Below are positions 37,802-48,354 of a stretch of 64,000 nt of DNA, in pieces. Within the stretch, counting starts at the first letter, position 1. Every line of letters begins with the position of its first letter. A program made the translations under genes and the position numbers. The notes beneath the pieces were generated by a model. The model saw only the letters and a list, made by a program, of their open reading frames with translations. It ran no database searches and was not told the DNA's origin. The stretch is taken from sequence record PQ464595.1; one strand, 5' to 3'.

Positions 37802-39139
37802 AGAAATCCTTTTCTATTAGATTATTCTTCGTTTTGTTCATCCATGTAAGCATCGTCGGGATCAATACCACCGTACCGTGCTTCGTACTCTTTAGCAACT
37901 ACTGATTCAGCACCAGGATTATGAGTACTGCGATCCAGAAGATTATATACTGAGGTTTTACCTTCCAGTACAAAATTAACGGATTCCAACATACGCTCAA
38001 GTTCAGCTTTCAGTTCGAGAATAGCTTCTCGTTCAGTTTCACCAGTTCCCATTGGTGCGATTTCACTAGTACTACCAACAGCATTAGGTTCATAATAAAC
38101 CTCAATGATACTGGCACTGAATTCAGTGTAATCATCCATTTCAGTTTTGGTTACTTCTACACGATTATTCCACATATTTGTACCTTATTTAAAGACAGTG
38201 AATTCATGCTGGTCTTCTGGCAGTTCATCAATAGTGATAACCTTCAAAAGACCACGTTTCATGTAAAGATTGAAAACGGGAAAGTAGTTCCCGAAAATTG
38301 TTTCCGGTTCAACATGAATTTCAGTGACAACGACTTGTTCTTCACCTTTACACAAACGTTTGAATAGCTGACGATGTATTTCAAGGGTTTTAAATTCATC
38401 AGTATCCAGTACTCGGCGTTTACGAACTACTTTAGTCATTTGAATCTCACATCTTACGAATTTGAATTGTGCTATAGAATAGCAGAGTATTACCGTTGCT
38501 GTCAACCTGTTTTACAGGGTTTTCGAACACTACGAGTGTTTTAGGCTCGTAGCTGGTAATCATGAATGTACGACCGTTACGGGTACTTACTAGAAAGACA
38601 GGTTTGTTCATTAGTATACATCGTCTGGATGCCCGTAAATCATAATGAGTTTACCAGCAGGGTTATACTCGCGAGTCACTACACCTTTACGGTCAGTACC
38701 ACGAGTCCATTTAATCATACTAACTTTAGTACCGTCAGCACAAGTGTAGAAAGTGTTATTCTCTGGATCAGTACTAGCAGTACATTGTTCATTCTTGACT
38801 TTAGCAAGAAGACTGATGTACTTAGGCTCGTTCTGACGAATAGGATCATGTAATGCTTTCTGTTCTTCTTCGTACTTCAGTTGTGGCTTAACCTGATAGA
38901 TGTACAAATTCAAACAAGTAAACAGAATCCAAAACACGAGAAAGCAATTAAGATTGGTGTTACTCATAGATTGTTTCATTTACTTTTCTCCAGAAATAAA
39001 AAAAGCTGCGTTAAGCAGCTTGAATTCTTAACACGACCATTATTACATAATAAGGGCTGTGTGTCAAGGAAAATGTGAAAGGCGTGTAAATTAGGATTTA
39101 ACCTAAAGGACTCCAAAAATAAAAGGACACTATTAAAAA

Positions 39140-39224
39140 TGGTGGGGATGGTCGGACTCGAACCGACACGGATTGCTCCGCCAGAACCTAAATCTGGTGC
39201 GTCTACCAATTTCGCCACATCCCC
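39140..39224 (-). tRNA. tRNA-Leu(TAG)
   Basis: Class II cloverleaf, loop TTTAGGT, CCA. Confidence 0.95.
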
Positions 39225-39243
39225 GTTCTGTTTATTTATCTAT

Positions 39244-39272
39244 ATTATAGCACAAAAAAGCGTTCCGTTTCA
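39244..39272 (-). promoter_or_regulatory. TGAAACG-class promoter
   Basis: TGAAACG-N16-TATAAT. Confidence 0.75.
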
Positions 39273-39275
39273 TCT

Positions 39276-39644
39276 TTATGCTAAAATATTTAAAATATTT
39301 TTCACCATCTGAATATGATCAAAGCTTATCAGTGGATCAATAGTACTTAACTGGAAATGCCATTCTTCTGAAATATCCAAATTATGAGTGACGATAATAC
39401 CGCCAATCATGTACTCTATGTTTTTATTTATGAAATCAACATCCAGTACTGGTTTATCATCTACCAGAAAACGATGTAAATCTTTATTTTTATTTGATGC
39501 TACCGTATGAATATAGGTAAACTCAGTTCCTTGATGGAAGTATGAATAAAGAGGGGTTTTCATCATCCCCTCTTTAACAGAGTCTGAGCATTCTAATACA
39601 CGTTCAATAACACTTTCAACTTCAAGTATATCCACTACCAGCAC
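39276..39644 (-). CDS. hypothetical protein, EEWxFQxST paralog family
   Basis: ISEEWHFQLSTI motif. Confidence 0.7.
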   Translation of the reverse strand: MLVVDILEVESVIERVLECSDSVKEGMMKTPLYSYFHQGTEFTYIHTVASNKNKDLHRFLVDDKPVLDVDFINKNIEYMIGGIIVTHNLDISEEWHFQLSTIDPLISFDHIQMVKNILNILA

Positions 39645-40063
39645 CGTAAACGTTTGACCGCCTTAATTTCATCCTTATTAGGATAGATGATTAACCCTGT
39701 TTGAGTTAAACCATCAAAGAAGTTAAAGCCGTAATCCTGAATGTCATGCACAAAGAAACCAGGATGATAATCGTGTGCGTCGATTTCTGCTTGTATCTTA
39801 GCTTTGACCGTATTCATATGGTCTTCATCTTTGATACGCAGAACAATCTTCCTGCGGCCTTCGGTCAACCAACCTTCAAAGTTTGCCACTGGCATGATCA
39901 GGTCTTCATTGTCCTCTGTACGACGACGCTCTTTGAACGTATTGTACTGACCCCATACCTGGTCTAAACCATGACCAACTTGTACTGCGAACTTACCTAA
40001 TGGCATGTTCAGGTCTTCACGAAGAAGAACATAGCACTTATACTGTAGTACTGGCTTTTCCAT
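39635..40063 (-). CDS. peptidyl-tRNA hydrolase, PTH2 family
   Basis: YVLLREDLNMPLGKFAVQVGHG...KIVLR...D.G...T.T.L.I.P. Confidence 0.88.
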   Translation of the reverse strand: MEKPVLQYKCYVLLREDLNMPLGKFAVQVGHGLDQVWGQYNTFKERRRTEDNEDLIMPVANFEGWLTEGRRKIVLRIKDEDHMNTVKAKIQAEIDAHDYHPGFFVHDIQDYGFNFFDGLTQTGLIIYPNKDEIKAVKRLRCW

Positions 40064-42051
40064 TTCTAATTCTCCGAGTAGCTTCTAAAATATTATCACA
40101 AAATTCAATGTGAGCGATTATAGCATCCATCGGGAGTTCCGTCAAGTCCTGTCGGGTCATTTCCATGAAATATCCTTCCTCAGTACAAATCTTCCTACAA
40201 CGGGTGAAGTTAATAATTCCATCCGGTGCTGAATGACTATAATGACCACTATAACGATTAGTATAATACATCGTTAGGGTATCATTCCGAGAATCATAAT
40301 TCATGTAAAACGTTCTACCCGTATGAGGCTTATAGATTACTTCTACAAGCCCTTCATCGTTACATTTAATCGTGTAGTTTTCAGAAACATGAGTAAATGT
40401 AAAATAACAATGATCAGCACGGTTGACAGTCTTATAGACAGTACTAGCTCGTTTTGCGACCCTGCCTAATATGTCGCTTATTGGGTTGGCTTTCCAACTC
40501 ATTCAAAATTCCTTCTAAGTAGTCAGAACCTTCTGAGTAATCATTACGTTCCAACCATTCTTTAAGGAATTTTACCGCAAAACTTTGATCTTCTGTAGAC
40601 ATAATCCGATTCCGTACAACACGCACAAAAAAGCGTACATAGTCCAGATAATCAGATGAAACAGAACCTTTTTCTTCACAAAATTCGATACACGACTGAA
40701 CATAATGCCTCGTTAGATCCATAGTTCGTTCAACTTCACTCGAACGTTCCCATGCGTTAATCCACACTTTATAACGTTCGAACCCCGCTTTAAAGATATA
40801 TTCCTCTGGTACGTAACCAGACCATACATCATTGATATAAACGCAGTACTCACTAACTGACGGATGCCAATGTACGTATGTAGTACTCCACATAACCTCT
40901 GGAAATTCATCAGCAAGATAATCAATGAAATCTTCATTCAGATTAGGATCTTTTCGTTCAAATTTATATCCACGTTGCCAGTTAGCGTTGTCTGTCATTT
41001 TATCAGGTCATCCATAAAAGAGCAATCATCTTTTTTCGGTGTTTCAACGATGACGATACCACCGTTATAATCTGGATGTTCTTCATTCCAGTATTCTTCT
41101 AACCAATCTTCATCTTCATAGCAGTTATGAACATCAAATTCAATATCAATGCCACGATCTGCCAGAATCTTATTAACTTGACTAAGAACGTATTCAGCAC
41201 TATCCCATACAGAACGTGCGTAATCCATTTCTTCATCAGTTACATTAAATGTTACCTTAGTACTCATTTAGTTTCACCTTTGTAATCTTCTTCTTCGTGC
41301 CATGAACAGCCGACTTCACAATCACCATCTACTAGTGACCATTGAATGCCATGAAGAATATTACCCTGTAATACATATGATTCACCCCAAGCTTCTTCTG
41401 AGCCAATATTAAGGCTTTCAATGAAACGCTCGAACGCAATTTCTAGATCAACCTGATCACCTTCAGGTAATGTCAAACAAATAGTTTTATTCATTTTCAT
41501 CCGTTGGATAGTTATAGAACCCGTAGCCACTAACTTCTTCATACAGTTGTCGCATAATACGACGATTTGCTTCTTGGCGGCGTTGATGTTCTTCAGTGGT
41601 TTCTAATTCAAATTTTCCATCACGCACAATCATACCACGTAAACCGTGACCATGATCATAACGCATACACATACTTTCAATCAAACGAGCATCTGGCTCT
41701 TTTGGTAAATTTGGTTTCATTACTTGTCCTTTATTCCGTTAAGTACTTCCATGAACTTCTCTACATCAGTACTTTCAAAGAATAAATGTTCCCATTGAGT
41801 CATTTTCTGAAAGTGCCAAGCTTCATCAGCAAGACGAGAGAAGTTAGGATATTTATAACGGCGTTTTGAACCCATCCAATCTTCAACTACAAGAAAGTCA
41901 CTACCAGGAAAATAACGAAAATTCCAGCACTTGTTGTACAAGAATGTTAAATCAATTTCAATCATCTGAACACCATCTTCTTTCTTACAGCGTTCAGTTA
42001 ATTCATATGCCAAGTTTTCTGAGCATTCGAAGTACTGTTCAATGAAATTCA

Positions 42052-42873
42052 TCATAAGGACAACATAGCCTCAACGATTGATGGAATATCACATTCGTAG
42101 AATCCAGCACAATTGATATTATTAACTTCCAGTACTTTATACCCTTCAGACGTTTCAGCAAAATCCATTACAAAGGCATCTGCTGGAACCCATTTTTTAC
42201 ATAGTTCTTCAGCTTTATCAACTATATACTTAGGTGCAGTTTGTGCAAGACGAACTTCACCATGTAATTTATAAAGTGACCAAGCTACGACTTCACCTTT
42301 TACAATAAAGAGACGATATTCAGAAATAATATCTTTACATGAAGAAACCATTATTTCAAAATCATCAGATACAGTTTCTTTAAATTGGTTAATAGCATAT
42401 TCAAAATTATCACGTTCAATAACAGTAGCTATCATCTTTTTAGTATCATGTACTGGACGAATAAAGACTTTATCAGTCCAGATAGGATTTAACCTTTCTG
42501 TAATATTGGATACAGTACCGAAAGATGCATCCCCATTAAGAAAATTAGGTCTTCCCCAATATGTAGTCATTTGTTCAAATATGTTGAAGTTTTCATTTAT
42601 AAATCCACCAGGAGTATAACCTTCTTCAACAAGTTGATTAGCTAATGCATAACTTCCAAATGACATAGTGGGTACTGATTTATCAAAGTACTTTTCATAT
42701 GAAGCATCAGTATAATCAGTAACATCTTCAGGAACAAATATATTCAAAAATGGAACTGGTTTAACTGAAGTGTGAGATATGTTATTCTGTACCATATATT
42801 CTTTCATGATACGAAAACCATCTTCATTGAAATACTTATCCATTATTAGAAAGTGCATGTATATCCTTAGCAA
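42052..42873 (-). CDS. ATP-grasp domain protein (DUF4343/R2K-like)
   Basis: VFIRP..D.K, EYR.F, FVMD, VLEVN.IN.AGFY. Confidence 0.85.
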   Translation of the reverse strand: MLRIYMHFLIMDKYFNEDGFRIMKEYMVQNNISHTSVKPVPFLNIFVPEDVTDYTDASYEKYFDKSVPTMSFGSYALANQLVEEGYTPGGFINENFNIFEQMTTYWGRPNFLNGDASFGTVSNITERLNPIWTDKVFIRPVHDTKKMIATVIERDNFEYAINQFKETVSDDFEIMVSSCKDIISEYRLFIVKGEVVAWSLYKLHGEVRLAQTAPKYIVDKAEELCKKWVPADAFVMDFAETSEGYKVLEVNNINCAGFYECDIPSIVEAMLSL

Positions 42874-43141
42874 TTAGCGTGAAAATAATCCAAGTACTCT
42901 CGTGGTATTTCAAAACCACCATCAACGAGCGTACCATGACGTTCAGAAGTTAGTTCAAGTACTAAAAATTCATCACCAACTTTGATACCATCACGTAACG
43001 CCCAGCCATATACTTCAAGAAATTCTGGATCAACTAATTTCAGTTTATCATATCCAGGTCGTAAATCAGACCATGTATAACACCATGTGAAGTTATTTGA
43101 TTCATTAACAGAATTAGAACTCATGTAGTACTCCAGAAATG

Positions 43142-43165
43142 AAAAAACCAGCAGGAAGCTGGTTT
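43142..43165 (-). terminator. intrinsic terminator
   Basis: AAACCAGC/GCTGGTTT hairpin plus U tract. Confidence 0.7.
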
Positions 43166-43172
43166 AGTTAAT

Positions 43173-43294
43173 TAGTCGGGAATTGTGGACTCGAACCACA
43201 TCTCACGGCTCCCTATGCAATTGTATTGGTTGCTGTGAAATTCCATTACAAGAATTTATGTTATACGGTGTGCTAACCCTTACACTAATTCCCG
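43173..43294 (-). tRNA. tRNA-Pro(AGG)-like gene interrupted by a 47-nt CAGCAA insert (43219-43265) at 29/30
   Basis: Deleting the insert gives CCGGC-ATAGGGA-GCCGT; C1-G72, A73 and G37 fit Pro identity. Confidence 0.7.
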
Positions 43295-43491
43295 ATAAGT
43301 ACCTTTCGGTACTATTTATTGTCATTCTGTTTCTTGGCTGACGAGCCTCAGAAATAATTCGAGGACAGCGTTTGCTGTGTCTGAGCTTTAATAACAGCGG
43401 ATTATAGTCTAGCTGTGACGACTCATGATAAAAATAAAACAAATGAAAAAAATCTGGAAAGATTTATTCACCTACAACACGCCTACAGGGA

Positions 43492-43833
43492 TTACCAGGA
43501 GGAATTCTTTTTATTGTAACCTTGACGGGTTACATATTGCATAAACAAGTCGAATGAACCGATTTCTTCTTCATCCCACTGACCTTCTAAACCATAACAT
43601 GAACAGTGACCACCGTGTACTTCGTAGTATGTATCGTTTAGATTATTATAGAAGAAAACAGTAGCTGAACCGGAGTAATCTTCGTACTCGTAAAATGCGT
43701 AAATGATTTGTTTATCGTTCAGTACTTCAATGTCAATACTAAACTGATCAGCAATATCTTGCTTACAGCTAAACAATTCATTGTAGATATTTGGAAAGAT
43801 TTCTAAAACTTTAATACGTTGGTCTTCAGTCAT
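43492..43833 (-). CDS. conserved phage hypothetical protein (likely start MTEDQ at 43833)
   Basis: YSG.A..FF...YYEVHGGHCSCYGLEGQW motif; the longer ORF call overlaps tRNA-Thr. Confidence 0.7.
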   Translation of the reverse strand: MTEDQRIKVLEIFPNIYNELFSCKQDIADQFSIDIEVLNDKQIIYAFYEYEDYSGSATVFFYNNLNDTYYEVHGGHCSCYGLEGQWDEEEIGSFDLFMQYVTRQGYNKKNSSW

Positions 43834-43853
43834 TTTATATCTCTTACAATAAT

Positions 43854-43929
43854 TAGTGCTCCAAGTAGGATTTGAACCCACGGCTTCCTCATTACAAGTG
43901 AGGCACTCTACCAACTGAGTTATTGGAGC
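43854..43929 (-). tRNA. tRNA-Thr(TGT)
   Basis: Cloverleaf, loop CTTGTAA; 3' CTA. Confidence 0.95.
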
Positions 43930-43976
43930 AGTGGTACATTTTTATTTATCAATATAAAAACGACCAAAAAGATTGT

Positions 43977-44226
43977 GTTGAAGAAGCGAAGCAACCAGGC
44001 AACCTGACAACCCAGCAACCTTACAATCAAGTTGAATGCCGTTTCCACAACCAAGCAAGTTATAATAACTGTTCAGTATAAACGGAGCAAACTCTTTAAT
44101 AGTAGATTACATAAATTGTAATTGACCATTCTTCATATGAGAAGATAAAAGCGTTGAAATTCATCAACGTGCTTCTTCAACAAGGGGAGTTAGAGAGAGT
44201 AAGTTAAGCGACTACACTCTAACTCC
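43977..44226 (-). ncRNA. candidate structured RNA with tandem 8-nt GGTTG(C/T) repeats
   Basis: 11-bp closing stem GTTGAAGAAGC/GCTTCTTCAAC, inner hairpins, five 8-nt-period repeats at 43991-44030, upstream 10-bp hairpin GGAGTTAGAG/CTCTAACTCC. Confidence 0.6.
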
Positions 44227-44234
44227 AATTTTGA

Positions 44235-44813
44235 TTAAAGAACCTGAAGTTCTTTAAACAGTACTGCGAACTTGTCATCAATTTCGATTTCAAGTTTGTT
44301 GTTGATGTAAGCGAGTTTGTCGCTCACACTTTCTTGTTCTTGCTTCAACTCGACATACAGGGTATTCAAGTTGTTGTGCATCACTTCAGAGATGCCACCT
44401 ACACGAGTGTAAGTACTGCGATACTCTGAAGAACTCTCATGCATATCCTGTACTTCACGTACAGTTTTAGCTAGGAGTTCGGCATCCGTGGTTTTCATTT
44501 TCTCACGGAACGAAGCCAGTACTTTCATCTGACCTTCAATAAGAACCTTACGGCTCAGAAGGGTATCAACGGAATTACCGTCGATTTCGGTTCCATTTGC
44601 TTTCTGTAAAGCGGCACGAATGACGTTAATCGCTTCGTGGACATTCAACGCAGTTTCCACTGCTTTGAAATTGCTGCTGTTAACAGCTACGATAGCTGCT
44701 TTTACTTCTTCAGGTGTTGCTGAATGGTGTACGTCTTTTTGTTCAAAACGCAAACCGGACTTTTGGCCTAAATCTTTAACCAGGCGATGTGCCTTACGCA
44801 ATGTCAATTTCAT
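44235..44813 (-). CDS. coiled-coil hypothetical protein
   Basis: 192-aa helical ORF with its own TGAAACG promoter. Confidence 0.75.
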   Translation of the reverse strand: MKLTLRKAHRLVKDLGQKSGLRFEQKDVHHSATPEEVKAAIVAVNSSNFKAVETALNVHEAINVIRAALQKANGTEIDGNSVDTLLSRKVLIEGQMKVLASFREKMKTTDAELLAKTVREVQDMHESSSEYRSTYTRVGGISEVMHNNLNTLYVELKQEQESVSDKLAYINNKLEIEIDDKFAVLFKELQVL

Positions 44814-44854
44814 ATTTGATTCTCCACAATTCGTTCAATTTCTTTCATGTCTAC

Positions 44855-44883
44855 ATTATACCACAAAATTTTGAACCGTTTCA
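44855..44883 (-). promoter_or_regulatory. TGAAACG-class promoter
   Basis: TGAAACG-N16-TATAAT. Confidence 0.75.
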
Positions 44884-45490
44884 AAATTCTTCACTTAATA
44901 GTGGACATTTTTCAACATCCACATTTGAACTTATTCTACCGCAGGACGAGCTTTTTCAACTTCGTCAAAGAATTCGTTATTCATTGCGATTAAGTCAGCG
45001 TACCAGAAAATACCAGTTTCACCAGGAGTGATAGGTAAATCATTTACAGCAGCGAACAATAGTTCAGCTTTAGTAATATCACAACGAGTCCAAGTACCAT
45101 TAGTAAAACCAGTTAGGATAGTAAACTCTCCACGGCAATCTTCAGCAAGTTTCTCAGTCAAATATACAGTATTAACCATGTCATCCTGATAGGATCGAAG
45201 CATGATATTAGTACTGTTAATGTAAGACATGAGATTGAAGTTCGCTTCAGTTGTTACTAAGAAACGTTCAAATCCTTCAGACTTATCTAGTTTGAAATCT
45301 AGAGTAAATCCAAGTTTTTGGACTACTTTCTCCATGAGATATAGTTCATAACCATGATAAATGGTTGGATCGCCATCACGAGCAAATACACGGATAGCTA
45401 AGTAATCGTCTTCAATTACAGTTTCGAAATTATCGTTATCAGCTAAAAACGCTTCAATGCGTTTGATAACATCTTGTACTTCTTGTAACA

Positions 45491-46072
45491 TTAAATTCCC
45501 TCTATATGTTTTAGTACTTCATCCCAGGTCGGAAATTCTTCTGAACCGAAATGAATGAATGTACCTTCAAATGATTCACAGTTCGCTTTATGCGGCCTGT
45601 CATCAATTAGTACATCACCACGCAGACAACCCTTGTCTGGTGTAATAATTGTTTTATCAAGTAACTCTGGAATATACTCATTAATCCAGTGTTTCTTCTC
45701 AGAATCAGCTAACAGATTATGAGTAGGAGTTTTCGTTGCTATCCAAACATCATGACCAGAAGCAATTAATGTACGAACTGCTTCTAGAGCACCTTGAATT
45801 GGGTCTAAACGAATATATGTACCAGGCATCAGTTTTACTGATTTAGGATTACGACCTTTGAGATTAGCCTCAAAGTCAGCAATCACTCCGTCCATATCTA
45901 CATAGATACGCAATGAACGTTTAGCACCTGATAGTACTGGTAATGGTTCTGGTGTAGTCTGACGTTGTGCGTGTGGATATTCATGTCCATTAGCACAAAT
46001 TGTTGGGCCGACAGGATTACGGGCAGCATTCACACCTTCAGCACCACATTTAGGGCAATAGCCGTATGGCAT
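45491..46072 (-). CDS. 5'(3')-deoxyribonucleotidase (HAD, NT5C-like) with an N-terminal Zn-ribbon
   Basis: IYVDMDGVIADF (DxD) ... DKG..RGDVLIDDRP; CPKC..C..GH N-terminus. Confidence 0.88.
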   Translation of the reverse strand: MPYGYCPKCGAEGVNAARNPVGPTICANGHEYPHAQRQTTPEPLPVLSGAKRSLRIYVDMDGVIADFEANLKGRNPKSVKLMPGTYIRLDPIQGALEAVRTLIASGHDVWIATKTPTHNLLADSEKKHWINEYIPELLDKTIITPDKGCLRGDVLIDDRPHKANCESFEGTFIHFGSEEFPTWDEVLKHIEGI

Positions 46073-46431
46073 AGTTAGTCCTCTTTTGGTTCTTCTGGAG
46101 GGGTTGGATTAAACATAGGTGGAATAGTACCGCGAGGTTTCTTTCCCTTATGTATGTCGTACCGTATCCAGTCATGCTCACGAATACATTTACTGAATTC
46201 GCCCATTTGGTACGTATTTAGTTGTATCAAATTGGCCTCTGGCATGATGAATATCTTACCACGATCCCAATCAGTACCACGATACGCACCAGTAATGTTA
46301 GTACTAGGACGTGGACCGGCTGTAATAAAGGTACAACTAGCAGGTATTACTACCTCTGTATCTAAGTCGTATCTTAATAATTGTTCAATTAATTCTTGTA
46401 CTGTCATTGTTATACCAATAAAAAAGACGCA

Positions 46432-46911
46432 TTAAGCGTCTTTTTCTAAAATTGTTTCATCCCAAATAAGAGCATGTTTGCTCCAGAACTCATTAGCTTC
46501 ATGAGCTTCTTCATATTCAAGATGTGGGTCATGTACTTCTTTTGTTGCTAAACCACCAACATAAGCAGTCAGCAACGTATAACCGTAGTTCTCACTATTA
46601 GGAGTACGTTTCATGATAACCGTAACAGTACTACATGGTTCTGGTTCACGGTTCTTAACGAAACGAGTTGGGTATTTCCTTCCAATGCGTTTAGCGTACT
46701 GGAATTCATCACCTTCACGTACTGTAACGCAAGTACTAACACCGATTTGTTTACCGAAGTCAATACATACTTTGATGAAACGTTCATCCTTAGAGTCGAT
46801 GCGATGAACCGCTTCTTCTAAGAGATCAATTACGTCAGCATGTACCTTCAAGTGGTACTTACTGTAGTAAACTTTATGACCATCGTTCGTTACCAGTTTC
46901 AATGGTTTCAT
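46432..46911 (-). CDS. conserved phage hypothetical protein
   Basis: 159-aa ORF with LLTAYVG...E..DP...FW..HAL pattern. Confidence 0.7.
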   Translation of the reverse strand: MKPLKLVTNDGHKVYYSKYHLKVHADVIDLLEEAVHRIDSKDERFIKVCIDFGKQIGVSTCVTVREGDEFQYAKRIGRKYPTRFVKNREPEPCSTVTVIMKRTPNSENYGYTLLTAYVGGLATKEVHDPHLEYEEAHEANEFWSKHALIWDETILEKDA

Positions 46912-46941
46912 AGAAAAAGCCCTTTCGATTAAGATAGGGCT

Positions 46942-46970
46942 ATTCTACACGCACGGTCATGGGATGTCAA
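46942..46970 (-). promoter_or_regulatory. sigma70-like promoter
   Basis: TTGACA-N17-TAGAAT. Confidence 0.72.
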
Positions 46971-46977
46971 ATTTATT

Positions 46978-47052
46978 TGGCGGGAGCACAAGGAATCGAA
47001 CCCTGATCTTGTGGTTTGGAGCCACACATAATCGCCGTTATACTATACTCCC
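46978..47052 (-). tRNA. tRNA-Trp(CCA)
   Basis: Cloverleaf, loop CTCCAAA, G73, CCA. Confidence 0.95.
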
Positions 47053-47084
47053 AAATGAGAGGTCTTTTGAACCTCTCTTATTTA

Positions 47085-48278
47085 TTACTTACCGTCGAAC
47101 ATGGTTTCAATCACGTCCGGTGACTCAGCTTTGCTGAACTTCACGTGTAGACGGTGTTCACCGAATTCACGGTTGATAACAATACTAGTACTGTTAACAA
47201 TGGTGTCAGACTTGCTGAACTCCAGGTTCACGAAGTACTGAATCTCTTTGATTGGTGTTTCAACTTCTTCACCATCAACATCGACTTCAGTTCCTTCTTC
47301 TTCGTCATCCCAATCCATGTCGTATACACGAGCATCAATTGCCTTCATCTCTTTCTCAAGAGTACCTTCATCTGCGAAGATGTAAGCACGAAGGGTATCG
47401 TACTTCGCCATGAATGAGAAGCTGGTCATACGATTCATTGCTTTATCGTCGAACTTCACTTCTTTACCATCAATGGTGAACTCAGATACTACGAAGGAGT
47501 TACCTTCACGAGCTTCTACTTCAACGTTCAGTTCACGGAAGGTTTCAGTGAAAGTCTGAGTTGGGTAGCGGTTCAGTTCTTCGATCAGACACTGGATCAT
47601 ATCGAAGCTGATAGTTTCTGCCACTTCCCACAGTGTTTCGAACTGAGGAATGTAGCTCTTGTTAACCAGCTTGTCGTTCAGCAGTTCAATCATAACCTGC
47701 TTAGCCAGTTTCTTGTACTCGAAGTGGTAGAAGATACGGCTTGGACGGTTACGAAGGAACTCGGAAACGTTGCGGTTGTTCGAGGTCAGGATGTACAACT
47801 TGTTGTAAGAACCAGTACCATCAAGCAGGGTCAGGATCGCTTCCTGATGCTCACGTTCTGCGTAAACCTTCTCGAATTCATCAAACAGAATCAGAGCTTT
47901 GTCTTCAATAGCTTTGATGAAGTTAATGAAACCACCATCAGTATAACAGTTCTGAATGATAATGGTTGGAATACCCATTTCAGCCAGAGCAAGACTTACA
48001 TCTTTAGCAAGCTGAGTTTTACCAGCACCTTTAGTACCGCTCAGAAGCACACCAGTATTCTTACCTTCACGTTCCAGGTAAGTGTTGATCACTTTGTTGT
48101 TACGTGAAGCCATTTCACCGTAAACTTTCGCAGGGCGAGTAAACGGAGTGGACTTCAGTAGGTAGTACTGCCCATTTTGTGGATTATATTCCACGGTATA
48201 AGTACCCGCAGGAATAGTTTCAATTTTGTTACCGAATTCACGAGCAATCGTGATAATATCACCGCTTTGATTGTACAT
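47085..48278 (-). CDS. AAA+ ATPase
   Basis: Walker A GTKGAGKT, Walker B LILFDEFEK, sensor TSN, RPSR. Confidence 0.9.
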   Translation of the reverse strand: MYNQSGDIITIAREFGNKIETIPAGTYTVEYNPQNGQYYLLKSTPFTRPAKVYGEMASRNNKVINTYLEREGKNTGVLLSGTKGAGKTQLAKDVSLALAEMGIPTIIIQNCYTDGGFINFIKAIEDKALILFDEFEKVYAEREHQEAILTLLDGTGSYNKLYILTSNNRNVSEFLRNRPSRIFYHFEYKKLAKQVMIELLNDKLVNKSYIPQFETLWEVAETISFDMIQCLIEELNRYPTQTFTETFRELNVEVEAREGNSFVVSEFTIDGKEVKFDDKAMNRMTSFSFMAKYDTLRAYIFADEGTLEKEMKAIDARVYDMDWDDEEEGTEVDVDGEEVETPIKEIQYFVNLEFSKSDTIVNSTSIVINREFGEHRLHVKFSKAESPDVIETMFDGK

Positions 48279-48354
48279 CTTAGTTCCTGTTCTATTGGCT
48301 TCTTTGTTACTTGTTACTTAAAAGAAAGCCCACATTACTGAGCTTTCGTAAATC

